Part shown: one piece after another, positions 1-8,821 of the stretch
Numbering within the stretch: the stretch's first letter is position 1
Layout of the letters: each line of letters begins with the position of its first letter
From: an uncultured Candidatus Binatia bacterium
Lineage (GTDB): Bacteria; Desulfobacterota; Binatia; UBA9968; CAXXLF01
Reading direction: 5' to 3'
DNA length: 64,000 nucleotides
NCBI GenBank assembly: GCA_965218425.1
Contig: OZ244621.1
Coordinates: forward strand, 353,368 to 417,367
The notes under the pieces: model-generated
Seen by the model: the letters and a program-made list of their open reading frames with translations, nothing else
What the model was told of the DNA's origin: nothing
The model's database searches: none
Translations under genes and position numbers: made by a program

Positions 1-2
1 TT

Positions 3-101
3 TCGGCAGAGCACCAGAAACTCTATGAAACAAACATGAAACGCATCCTCGAAGAGCTACAGGCCCTCACCCCGCAACAGAAGAAAGTCGCGGTATAGAG
101 A
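3..101 (+). CDS. 3' end of an upstream CDS (partial, C-terminal 32 aa ...AEHQKLYETNMKRILEELQALTPQQKKVAV*)
   Basis: Open frame running in from the window edge to TAG at 99-101, followed by a strong hairpin. No family assignable from 32 aa. Confidence 0.25.
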
Positions 102-140
102 GCCTGTTAGATTCGAAGCGACTTCAATACATCCCTCTAT

Positions 141-169
141 GGCCACCCGCCGAAGAACGGCGGGTGGCC
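141..169 (+). terminator. GC-rich perfect hairpin ggccacccgcc-gaagaac-ggcgggtggcc followed by a T-containing tract; candidate intrinsic terminator
   Basis: 11-bp perfect stem with a 7-nt loop directly downstream of the partial CDS stop. The trailing T-run is imperfect (ctttactttcc). Confidence 0.4.
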
Positions 170-304
170 GATGCTTTACTTTCCATTTAGCGCCACTACC
201 GTTCTTTAAGAACACCGTTTCCCGCCTGAACTGGATCAAACACATGTGAGACAGATTTAAGCTACAAAGGAGGGGTTTTGTAAGTATAAAGAAAGGACCC
301 CTCC

Positions 305-1324
305 ATGAGCTACTTTGGACTGAACTGGCAATTTAACTGGGCTTGCCGTCATCTCCACACTAACCTCTCGCCCAAAGAGCGCGATCGACTTAGAGCCCTC
401 CTTCTGTGGCAGGAGACCAAAGACATAAAGCTTACCTACCGCACTTTTGACCTGAGCCGACCCACTGTTTACCTCCGGCTCCAACGCTTTGATCCCAACG
501 ACCTCGGCTCCCTTCGAGAGCGTTCTCGCAAACCGCACCGGTTCACACAGCCCCAATGGCCCCTGGCCCTCAAGCAGGCAATACTACGCTTAACAGAGCA
601 ATATCCCCGCTGGGGTAAAAACAAACTCGTAGTGCTACTTCAAAACGAAGGCTTTGAGGTCTGTGCTCCTACCGTGGGCCGTATTCTCAGCTCTGTCAGG
701 CAGCGCGGACAACTCATAGAGCCAAAACCCCAAGCTATCTCCACAAAAAGACGGCGTAAGCTAAGACCCTACGCTATCGGTAAACCCAAAGACTATCAGC
801 CCCTTTACCCTGGCGACCTGGTTCAAATCGACACCCTCGACATCGGTCCCGTGCCAGGCGTGATCCTCAAACAGTTCACTGCCCGCGATGTGGTCTCGCG
901 CTGGGACGTACTCAAAGTTCATCGTCAAGCTAGCGCCCCCCTAGCCGCCTCGTTCATCGATACCATCAAGGCTCGTATGCCCTTTGCCGTACGTGCCTTT
1001 CAGGTCGATGGAGGCTCAGAGTTGTTCTCTGACTTTGAGACCCACTGCCAACAACATGGCATCCGGTTGTTCGTCGTGGGGCCTAAAAGTCCTAAGCTCA
1101 ATGGTGCTGTGCAACGGGCTAACCGTACTCACACTGAGGAGTTCTATGAGGTCCAACAGTGTGCTTGGACCGTTGAGGCTCTTAACCAACAACTGCTCGA
1201 ATGGGAACGGACCTACAATACGGTACGGCCCCACCAGGCACTTAATTACTTAACTCCCTTGCAATATCTCCAAGACCGAGGCATCGTATCCTCCAAAAAC
1301 CCCTCCCTGTCTCATATGTACTGA
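305..1324 (+). CDS. IS481-family transposase (N-terminal HTH plus rve/DDE integrase core)
   Basis: The N-terminus (LSPKERDRLRALLL...LSRPTVYLRLQRF...RSRKPHR) matches the IS481 HTH region. The C-terminal rve core (QIDTLDIGPV...FQVDGGSEL...PKSPKLNGAVQRANRTHTEEF...YNTVRPHQALNYLTPLQY) matches the DDE integrase fold. Element ends not resolved. Confidence 0.75.
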   Translation: MSYFGLNWQFNWACRHLHTNLSPKERDRLRALLLWQETKDIKLTYRTFDLSRPTVYLRLQRFDPNDLGSLRERSRKPHRFTQPQWPLALKQAILRLTEQYPRWGKNKLVVLLQNEGFEVCAPTVGRILSSVRQRGQLIEPKPQAISTKRRRKLRPYAIGKPKDYQPLYPGDLVQIDTLDIGPVPGVILKQFTARDVVSRWDVLKVHRQASAPLAASFIDTIKARMPFAVRAFQVDGGSELFSDFETHCQQHGIRLFVVGPKSPKLNGAVQRANRTHTEEFYEVQQCAWTVEALNQQLLEWERTYNTVRPHQALNYLTPLQYLQDRGIVSSKNPSLSHMY

Positions 1325-1446
1325 TCCACTACGCCGCCTTGACATCCCTCCATAGCAGGAGATAGAGTCGCCCCCTGAACAAAGAAAGACACTCCATCGA
1401 AGGTCCATGTGAATTCAGTTTAGTCTTGTTTTTAAGGAGGGATACC

Positions 1447-2511
1447 ATGGAACAAAAAAGATATTTTGTAATGTTTTTGGTTACCCTTTTTGCGGTGGTT
1501 TGCGGAGCCAGCCTGGCATCTGCAGATCCCGTGGATGACTTGGTGGCAGCCGCAAAAAAGGAAGGCACCATTGAATACTACGCGCCAGGGATTCTAACTC
1601 CAAAAGCGGCGAAGGCCATAGCAAAAGCCTTCAATAAAAAACATGGGCTTAATATCAGGGTCAACTATACTCCGTCAGGAGGCATTAGCCGGCAGATCGG
1701 CATGCTCATCAGTCAATCGGTCACTGGAGTTGAACCGGAATGGGACGTAATGACGCTTCCCGACACCTTTCAGGGTCGGCTGTTTGGAAGGAAGTTGCAG
1801 CTGCCGTTTGACTACGCAAAGCTTGGCGTGAACCGAGAGACAATCCACTACAGAAACAACGCAGTTGCCATCTACAGCGCTTTTGCTCTCCCCGGCTACA
1901 ACACCAAACTTGTGGCCCCCAAGGATATTCCGAAGAAATGGGAGGATCTATTAAACCCCAAGTGGAAAGGAAAGCTGGGGCAGTCTACCCTTCTCCATCA
2001 CCTCGCTCGCTTGGCCGTAACTGATTGGGGAGAGGAGAGGACTACCGAGTTCGTCGAGGGTCTGGCCAAGCAAAACCTGGTTCTTGGTAGAATTGCAGAG
2101 ATCGTACAAAGACTCCAGCTAGGTGAAATTCAGGCAGCGACCTCAATTCTAGACGCGCATGTTTTCCAGTCTAAAAAAACCGGCGCACCCATTGCCTTGG
2201 CAGAAGGGGTGTCACCGATTGTCGGCTATACCGTACAGGCCAGTGTTCTCAAAGGGGCTCGCCATCCCAACGCAGGGCACCTCTTTGCCGCCTTCCTCAC
2301 AACTCCTGAGGTGCAGAAGATTATGTATGCCGATTTTGGCGAGAGCCTGCACACCGTCTCTGGCACCCCAGCTCACAACCTGGTCAAGAGCCGCAAGGTC
2401 GTATTTATGACCGATAAGGACGCCAGGGCCGTAGGAAAGCTCCAGAGAAAGTATAGCGAAATGGTAGGTTTCAAGAGGAGAAGAAGGGGAAAGAAGAAGA
2501 AAAATCAATAG
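1447..2511 (+). CDS. ABC transporter periplasmic substrate-binding protein, FbpA/AfuA/TbpA-type (SBP family 1)
   Basis: RBS aaggagg 7 nt upstream of ATG 1447. N-terminal signal peptide MEQKRYFVMFLVTLFAVVCGASLASA. Length and sequence consistent with the Fe3+/thiamine-type SBP family. Unusual basic tail KRRRRGKKKKNQ. Confidence 0.7.
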   Translation: MEQKRYFVMFLVTLFAVVCGASLASADPVDDLVAAAKKEGTIEYYAPGILTPKAAKAIAKAFNKKHGLNIRVNYTPSGGISRQIGMLISQSVTGVEPEWDVMTLPDTFQGRLFGRKLQLPFDYAKLGVNRETIHYRNNAVAIYSAFALPGYNTKLVAPKDIPKKWEDLLNPKWKGKLGQSTLLHHLARLAVTDWGEERTTEFVEGLAKQNLVLGRIAEIVQRLQLGEIQAATSILDAHVFQSKKTGAPIALAEGVSPIVGYTVQASVLKGARHPNAGHLFAAFLTTPEVQKIMYADFGESLHTVSGTPAHNLVKSRKVVFMTDKDARAVGKLQRKYSEMVGFKRRRRGKKKKNQ

Positions 2512-2527
2512 AGAAGAAATATTTGGA

Positions 2528-4288
2528 ATGAAACTTTTGACGGCCCAAGGTTCTGGATTGGGTGTCCTGGGCCGAACACTAGCTTTCAGACCCCAGGGCA
2601 GTAGTCTTTTTGCCGGGGCATTACTCGCCTTTTTAATTCTCATCGTTGGGGCACCGGTGGCTATGGTGGTGCTCATGAGCTTCCGAACCGGATTCCCAGG
2701 TGAGGACGTCCCATTTACCCTGGAGAATTACCAGGACATTTATACCGATCCGGGCTTTTACGAAATCCTCGACAACACCTTCCTCTTTGCCATGGGTAGC
2801 GTTACCGTAGCGCTCCTTTTTGCTATTCCGCTATCCTGGCTGCTAATGCGCACCGATATTCCTTTTAAGAAGACATTCTATGTTCTATTTACCGTGGGAA
2901 TCCTGATCCCCGTGTTTCTACGCACCATCGCTTGGATTCTGCTCCTTAGCCCACAGATCGGTTTGGTGAATCAATGGCTCTCACAAATTTTTGGTCTGGA
3001 CCGTCCTCTGCTAAGCCTTTACAACATCCCAGGCATGGCATTTATCCAAGGTATTTCTTTTGTCCCGGGCGCATTTTTCATGTTGGCAGCCTCTTACCGC
3101 AGCATGGACCCGACCCTCGAGGAGGCTTCCTACACCTCTGGGGTGAGCAAGCTTAGAACCTTTTTATGGATCAATATTCCCATCACGTTTCCCGCCATAG
3201 CGGCGGTGGTGATTTACCTCATCATGACGGCCATCGCTGTATTCGAGGTACCTGCCATCATAGGACTCCCTGCGAGGATCTTGGTTCTTAGCTCCCTAAT
3301 CTTCTCGTCCATTTCTGATCCAACGGGTCTTCCCGAGTATGGCCTTGCTGGCGCATGTGGAGCGGTCATGCTTGTGACGGGACTTGCATTTGCTTTTTTC
3401 TACGTGCGCTTGGTGCGTCACGGCAAGAAGTATACCGTCGTGACCGGAAGGGGCTATCGTCCTAGAGAAATTGAACTGGGTCGCTGGAAGTGGCCGGCCC
3501 TAGCCTTTGTCCTGCTCTACTTCACCCTGGAGGTGTTCTTACCCTTTCTTGTGCTACTCTGGACATCCTTCCTCCCCCGTGTTCAGCTTCCAAGCGTTGC
3601 TGCCCTAGGGACCATGAACTTCAACAACTACGTGGCTATCTTGGAATACGCAGGAGCCCGTCCGTTCATTAATACAGCGATTCTCATGTTTGGCGTGCCC
3701 ACGGGCGCAATGCTTCTCAGTGTCATGGTGTCCTGGGTAGTCATCAGGACCCAGGTGAGCTTCCGGGGAGTCTTAGACACCATGGCCTTTTTGCCCCATG
3801 CGGTTCCAAGCATCCTGCTTGCCATAGGTCTAGCCTACCTGGGACTCGTTTACAGGAACGTCTTTCCGATCTACGGTACCATTTTGATCATCATGGTGGG
3901 CCACATCATTAGTTGGGTCGCTTACGGCACCCGGACTACGAATGGTGTTATGATTCAATTGCATAAAGAGCTGGAAGAGGCCGGTAGAGTATCCGGCGCA
4001 TCGACTTCCCGCGTGCTTCTACGCATTGTTTTACCACTGATCGCTTCTGGAATATTCAACAGTTGGGTATGGATCAGTATGCTCTCTTACCGGGAAGTAA
4101 CCATGGCCTTAACTCTGCAAACCAGTAAGAGTGTGGTGGTCTCCACCATTGTCTTCCTGGCCTGGGGCAACGGACTGGTTCCGCAGGTGGCGGCACTGGG
4201 TGTGATGTTAATCGCCTTCGCGTTGGTTGTGGTAGGTGGGCTGCGTCTCGGCTTTTCCAGGCTTAACACGGTGGGCACAACAGGCTAG
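2528..4288 (+). CDS. ABC transporter permease, fused two-domain (FbpB/AfuB-type, 2x BPD_transp_1)
   Basis: 586 aa with about 12 predicted TM helices and two internally repeated permease modules, 16 nt downstream of the SBP gene. Confidence 0.75.
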   Translation: MKLLTAQGSGLGVLGRTLAFRPQGSSLFAGALLAFLILIVGAPVAMVVLMSFRTGFPGEDVPFTLENYQDIYTDPGFYEILDNTFLFAMGSVTVALLFAIPLSWLLMRTDIPFKKTFYVLFTVGILIPVFLRTIAWILLLSPQIGLVNQWLSQIFGLDRPLLSLYNIPGMAFIQGISFVPGAFFMLAASYRSMDPTLEEASYTSGVSKLRTFLWINIPITFPAIAAVVIYLIMTAIAVFEVPAIIGLPARILVLSSLIFSSISDPTGLPEYGLAGACGAVMLVTGLAFAFFYVRLVRHGKKYTVVTGRGYRPREIELGRWKWPALAFVLLYFTLEVFLPFLVLLWTSFLPRVQLPSVAALGTMNFNNYVAILEYAGARPFINTAILMFGVPTGAMLLSVMVSWVVIRTQVSFRGVLDTMAFLPHAVPSILLAIGLAYLGLVYRNVFPIYGTILIIMVGHIISWVAYGTRTTNGVMIQLHKELEEAGRVSGASTSRVLLRIVLPLIASGIFNSWVWISMLSYREVTMALTLQTSKSVVVSTIVFLAWGNGLVPQVAALGVMLIAFALVVVGGLRLGFSRLNTVGTTG

Positions 4289-4409
4289 CCCGTGGAAACA
4301 ATTGTCTCAGGTCATCTTTACAGGTCGACTCTCGATGGGGTCCGAAACCCAGCTATTTGAGACAAGACACTGAAGGGTCTAATTCCCAACAATGTTGTCT
4401 TGAAATGCT

Positions 4410-4970
4410 TTAGCGTCCTCTTGGACCAGATTTAGGAGCCTCCTCGATCTGCTCCAAATCATTATATCCCATAGCCTTGTAGATGCGGTTACTGGCTGAG
4501 ATGAATCTGGCGGAACTGTCAGGATCTGAATTGAAATGCTGGTGCACCGTGTTCACTGGGATGTAAACGATGTCTCCCTCTTGCCAATCAAAACGCTGAG
4601 GCTCTTGGTCCCTCTTCCATATGTATTTCTCCTTCAGATCAAAATCTACATCCCAGTGAAGGTCGTACCCCCTCCCCCCGAGAACAAATATGAACTCGTC
4701 GGCCATATGCCGATGCCTGCCTGAATGGCTCCCCGGAGGAATTTCCTGGATGTAGACGTCCATGGTTTTCGACCGGACGTTCATGTGCTCATTGGATAAA
4801 TGCTTGAGTCGCCCCTGCGGGGAATCATCCCATGGCATCTCCTTAGCCTTGATTACCTTTTGCAGTGTCTCGTCCCGACGCTGCCGCTCCCGGGCATCCT
4901 TGAGGGTTTTTTCGTAGTAACTCTTCTTCCGTTTCCCCTTGGAAAATTTTTTTGCTTCTCCAAATCGCAT
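4410..4970 (-). CDS. monocupin protein (cupin_2-type metal site HxH...E...H)
   Basis: SHSGRHRHMADEFIFVLGGRGY...GDIVYIPVNTVHQHFN has the cupin motif pair. Paralog of the adjacent gene. Confidence 0.6.
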   Translation of the reverse strand: MRFGEAKKFSKGKRKKSYYEKTLKDARERQRRDETLQKVIKAKEMPWDDSPQGRLKHLSNEHMNVRSKTMDVYIQEIPPGSHSGRHRHMADEFIFVLGGRGYDLHWDVDFDLKEKYIWKRDQEPQRFDWQEGDIVYIPVNTVHQHFNSDPDSSARFISASNRIYKAMGYNDLEQIEEAPKSGPRGR

Positions 4971-4990
4971 GACGGCTCTCTCTCCTCCGG

Positions 4991-5539
4991 TTAAAATTCA
5001 GGGGGCTCCCATCGTTCCAAACCAGGAACCGGTTCTTTGGGTGGCTGGGTGACGTTGTCCTGAAAGATCAGGTTCATGAACATAAAAAGGGTTTTGGACT
5101 TCAAGACCAACGCGCGTAAGACCTTTTCATTGTCCGCATTGAAGTGCTCGTGCACGCAGTTGTTGTGGACCACAACGAGGTCACCCTCTTCGTATTCGTA
5201 GCGCTTGCCGTCATGGATATCATAACCCTTCCCATCTAGAATATAGAAAAGAGCCTCGTTCGTGTGCCCATGGCATCCAGAACGGCCTCCCGGTGCATAT
5301 TCCACAATATGAGAATCCAATGCCTGGCTTAATCCCATGTTCGGGCGCATCAAGTCACGATTCCATACCTGGGGCCCCCCTTTACGAGGGAGATCCCGGG
5401 CACTGATGACCCGTGGCTCTTTGCGGATCCGTTGAACTTCATGGTCAAGGCCATAGGATGGCATCTCAAGACCGCGCACGTACACGCGATTTTTCTCGTA
5501 ACGCACCCCTTCTCCGCTGGTCTTCTTACGATCGGCCAT
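4991..5539 (-). CDS. monocupin protein, paralog of 4410-4970
   Basis: GCHGHTNEALFYILDGKGYDIH...GDLVVVHNNCVHEHFN, the same motif layout. The two are tandem and co-oriented with a 20-nt gap. Confidence 0.6.
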   Translation of the reverse strand: MADRKKTSGEGVRYEKNRVYVRGLEMPSYGLDHEVQRIRKEPRVISARDLPRKGGPQVWNRDLMRPNMGLSQALDSHIVEYAPGGRSGCHGHTNEALFYILDGKGYDIHDGKRYEYEEGDLVVVHNNCVHEHFNADNEKVLRALVLKSKTLFMFMNLIFQDNVTQPPKEPVPGLERWEPPEF

Positions 5540-5682
5540 ACCGGACTCCTTTCCAATTCCGTCGGTCTTTCATCACTCAGCTCTTAGATCGAGCAAAGCA
5601 TACGGCCAAGCGATGGCTTACCATCATTACCGACCGTCGAGAAGCTATAGGCACCTCCAGAAACAATGTTCGTGCAACCTAC

Positions 5683-6744
5683 TCAGCGCTGGAACCACTT
5701 GAACCACCCGGCGGGCATCTCCTGTCCGATGCCGCGCTTCTTCGCGCGGTCATAAACCAACGCAACCGTGGCCGCATACTGAACCCCGGTCCCATTATTA
5801 ATATAGTAGTTTCTCTCTTCCGGACTCTCCCGTCCCGGGGCTTTGCCAGATAGGACGTCCGCTAGCGTATGGTGATGCGGTATCACATTGAAAACGTCCA
5901 GCATCTCAGGCGTTGTCGCCGTCCTCAATGGACTATGTTCAGGCTCGGTAAAGTGATGGCTTGAGGCGCTGTCAAAGCTGGTGGCCAGCCGGTGGAACAG
6001 CTTGATCCCTTCTAACTCCAACTCCATGGACCCTTCGCCCGTCTGAACCCCGGTGAAATGTACACCTGGCTCCAGCCATTCCTTTTTCACGAGCGGCTCG
6101 AACCGACTTGAAGTACAGGCTGCGACGATGGCCGACCCTCGAACCACGGCCTCGGGGTTGTCCATGGATTTTACCCGCACCCCGGTCTTCAAGTTTAACC
6201 ATTCGGAAAAGGTGTTTCGGTGCTCCAGGCTTGGGCTGTAGACCTTGAACAACTCCAGCGGCCGGACGCAGGCGTAAGCCAAAGCATGGGCACGCGCCGT
6301 GCTACCGGAGCCAAGGATTCCTGCCACCTTGGCATCCGGCTGTGCCATCTCGCGCGCAGCCAGCCCAGCGCTCCCGGCATGCCGGTACCAGGAGATATCG
6401 CCGTTGCTCATCATGGCGAGCAGTTCACCGCTCTCGCCGCTAAAAAGCATGGACATGAAGGTGCCGTGTGGACCTTGCAGCTTGTGAATATCCCTGGTCT
6501 CGCTGGTTGCCTGGAGCATGGATCTGATATTGATAACCACCACAGGAGGATTTCTCAGTCCTCCCAGACTCGTGACATGAGTCATGGCGTGACCGTGTTT
6601 TCCACCCATGTAGACGGTGGCCTTGGGTCGATAGGAGGCCGCGCCCATGGCCTCTTGTTTATAGGCGCTCTCCAAGGCCTCCAAGTTCTCTTTCATGTCT
6701 AGGACAGAACGGACATCCTCTTCACTCAGTAGAATAGGTGGCAA
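5683..6744 (-). CDS. ornithine cyclodeaminase/mu-crystallin family NAD(P)-dependent oxidoreductase
   Basis: Rossmann GxGxxA (AGILGSGSTARAHALAY) and OCD-family N- and C-terminal regions. 353 aa. Confidence 0.65.
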   Translation of the reverse strand: MPPILLSEEDVRSVLDMKENLEALESAYKQEAMGAASYRPKATVYMGGKHGHAMTHVTSLGGLRNPPVVVINIRSMLQATSETRDIHKLQGPHGTFMSMLFSGESGELLAMMSNGDISWYRHAGSAGLAAREMAQPDAKVAGILGSGSTARAHALAYACVRPLELFKVYSPSLEHRNTFSEWLNLKTGVRVKSMDNPEAVVRGSAIVAACTSSRFEPLVKKEWLEPGVHFTGVQTGEGSMELELEGIKLFHRLATSFDSASSHHFTEPEHSPLRTATTPEMLDVFNVIPHHHTLADVLSGKAPGRESPEERNYYINNGTGVQYAATVALVYDRAKKRGIGQEMPAGWFKWFQR

Positions 6745-7401
6745 TGGCGTCTCCCTTCTTTCTAACAGCGAGTTAAAATGATCCGGCCTTTACAACCGCA
6801 AACCCCGGGTGAAATAGATAAGAAGTTAGTTCTAATTGATTGATCTGTCAAACGCACCAACCGTGCTTATCCACCCTGATTTCCACAGAGTACAAAGGTA
6901 TATTCCGAGCATGTCAATGGCGGAGTACGATTCCAGTTCCCGATGGACTAAGGAACGGTAGCGCGAGTGTCCGGCATTCTACGGCCTTCTTGTGGGCGGC
7001 ACGCAGTTGATCGATGTCATCTACGAACATGCACTTACCAAAATGGTAACAGACCGCAGCTGTGGTGAGATGCCGGCCGGCGCTGAGCTTATGTTCGGTG
7101 GCAAGTGCCTCGCGACCGTTTCTCTCGTGGAGAGCCCCCCGTTCGCTCCAGTCTCGACACCAGTTAGCTCAATGCTCGACAGAGTAAGCAACTTCCTGGA
7201 AATCGGCGCCGGGAATACCGGCGGCAGTGTATCGTGGGCCCCACGGTGCCCGTGCCACCTGCACCTTAACGTCTGGTTTCGCTTCAGTGGTCGTGTTTGT
7301 TGCCATGGCTTCCTCTCGCAGTCACTTGATCGACACGTTACCTGAAGACGTGTCAAAAGAGGCATCGCGCAAATGGGCGGAGGGCCGACCCTTGTCGTGG
7401 T

Positions 7402-7839
7402 TTATCCCTTAGATTTCAGCTCATAAGTACGGTTGTCGATCTCGAGGACCCCGTCTGCAAGATGAACGCTGATATGCACGGTCCCCTCGTTTCGCTGCCA
7501 GGGTGCCACTTCCATCGTGTGCAATCCGGATTTGGTAAATGGCTCGGAATATGCGACGGCTTCCGCATCCCCACGTGTTTTTGCGCGAACAATGATCATT
7601 CCGATACCGTGGGAAGTACTCCATTGACCATTTTCATCGCGGAACGGACCCGCGGCAAATAGAATCTCGCGCCGCTCCAAATCCACTAAGAAGTCATGAT
7701 GATCCAAGCGCAGCCGGTCGTGCGATTTCGTCTGCTCGGGCGGTGATTCGTTTTTTCTCATGATGCAGAGATAGCACTGCCCCCGAGTCAACCCCTTTTC
7801 CACCCTCTGTCGTGCAGATCCGATTTCGTCTTTGCTCAT
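7402..7839 (-). CDS. hypothetical protein, possibly YciI-like (Dabb-fold)
   Basis: The C-terminal half (ILFAAGPFRDENG...GMIIVRAKTRGDAEAVAYSEPF) resembles the YciI family pattern. Weak assignment. Confidence 0.35.
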   Translation of the reverse strand: MSKDEIGSARQRVEKGLTRGQCYLCIMRKNESPPEQTKSHDRLRLDHHDFLVDLERREILFAAGPFRDENGQWSTSHGIGMIIVRAKTRGDAEAVAYSEPFTKSGLHTMEVAPWQRNEGTVHISVHLADGVLEIDNRTYELKSKG

Positions 7840-8130
7840 GGTTTACCTCCTTTCGAGCTGATTACCCAATCTCGAGTGCTATTAATCCGCCGGCGCCGCA
7901 GCACCAACACCCCAACTAGCAAATACAACAGGAATCCAGAAACTATCCGATATCAAACTCTTATGTCAATCAAGGCTTGGATCAGTGAAATTGAAAGCGC
8001 CGAAAAGGGTGCTTATGCAGGATCTTTATTAGGACCATTCCTCGATAATCTCATGTCTAGTTGGATAGGGCCGGCTGACTAACGGTCAAAAGGTTCGGGG
8101 GGTTCCACTCAATCTGCGCGACTGAAGAGG

Positions 8131-8607
8131 GTGAACATAAGAATAGACCATCGATCAGGAAATGATAATCGGTTCCTAACTTCAATGGAACGACCAACCG
8201 CAGGCATCGAACTCGGATACCGCTACGAAAATTCACCGATCTGCGTGCCCGACGCAACACCACCCCCGCCCGATGATCCTAAAATCTACACTCCCACAGC
8301 GCGGCCGGGATCACGGGCGCCCCATGTCTGGATTAGTGAGAATAAGTCTGTCCTAGATTTGTACGGTAAGGCATTCGTTCTGTTGCGCTTGGGCAGTAAT
8401 GCGCCAAACACAAATGGTTTTACCTCCGCCGTAAGAAAACGCGGCATGCCCCCTCGAGGTCATCTCCTTGGACGTCGCCGAGCTCTCCGCACTCTATGAA
8501 CGTAAATTGGTTTTGGTCCGGCCGGATGGTCATGTAACATGGCGCGGCGATTCACCGCTGGATGATCGCGAAGCCGTAATCGACCGGGGCAGAGGCGCCG
8601 TTATCTG
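8131..8607 (+). pseudogene. C-terminal remnant of an FAD-dependent aromatic-ring monooxygenase (PheA/TfdB-like), frameshifted and N-terminally truncated
   Basis: Frame 1 gives ...YTPTARPGSRAPHVWISENKSVLDLYGKAFVLLRLG. A +1 frame continues ...LEVISLDVAELSALYERKLVLVRPDGHVTWRGDSPLDDREAVIDRGRGAVI*. This is the conserved C-terminus of class A flavoprotein hydroxylases. No upstream FAD-binding domain is present. Confidence 0.6.
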
Positions 8608-8774
8608 AGGTTAAGTACTATTGGCTTGAGCGTGGACCTCAGTTTATGCGGAGCGAGGAATATCGAAGTGTATTTAAAACAGATTGCTAATCGGAGGGAA
8701 GCCCCTTAGGTCGATCCCACCTTTAAGTTTGAACGATTATTTTTCCTGTAGAGGTCAATGACAATTTTGGCTTC

Positions 8775-8804
8775 TTGACACTTCAATCCGATCTGCCCTA
8801 TAAG
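8775..8804 (+). promoter_or_regulatory. candidate sigma70-type promoter for the ABC ATPase gene (TTGACA, 18 nt spacer, TATAAG)
   Basis: ttgaca at 8775-8780 and tataag at 8799-8804, about 17 nt upstream of ATG 8822. Confidence 0.35.
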
Positions 8805-8821
8805 ATGCCCGAGCTCTGGAA

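Noticed and set aside
984-1253. Small ORFs nested inside or antisense to larger confident genes (for example 984-1253, 1016-1234, 2159-2410, 2212-2676, 5972-6702 antisense set, 28944-29453, 29027-29448, 34110-35302 set, 59180-59773, 62140-62643)
   Set aside because: They overlap well-supported CDSs in other frames, have no recognisable motifs, and are typical GC-rich antisense open frames.
200-1440. Exact boundaries and inverted repeats of the IS481-like element
   Set aside because: Both flanks contain a catgtga motif, but I could not define convincing terminal inverted repeats by eye, so only the transposase CDS is reported.
1426-1446. Upstream start (position 1426, MFLRRDT...) for the substrate-binding protein
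   Set aside because: ATG 1447 is preceded by a canonical aaggagg RBS and immediately begins a signal peptide. The 1426 codon is a non-ATG with no RBS.
6890-7400. Possible small gene between the OCD gene and the YciI-like gene (overlapping plus/minus ORFs 6992-7345 and 7021-7365)
   Set aside because: Fragments on the minus strand (MATNTTTEAKPDVKVQVARAPWGPRY... then ...HERNGREALATEHKLSAGRHL...) are frameshifted and match no family I recognise, so I left it unannotated as a probable degraded gene.
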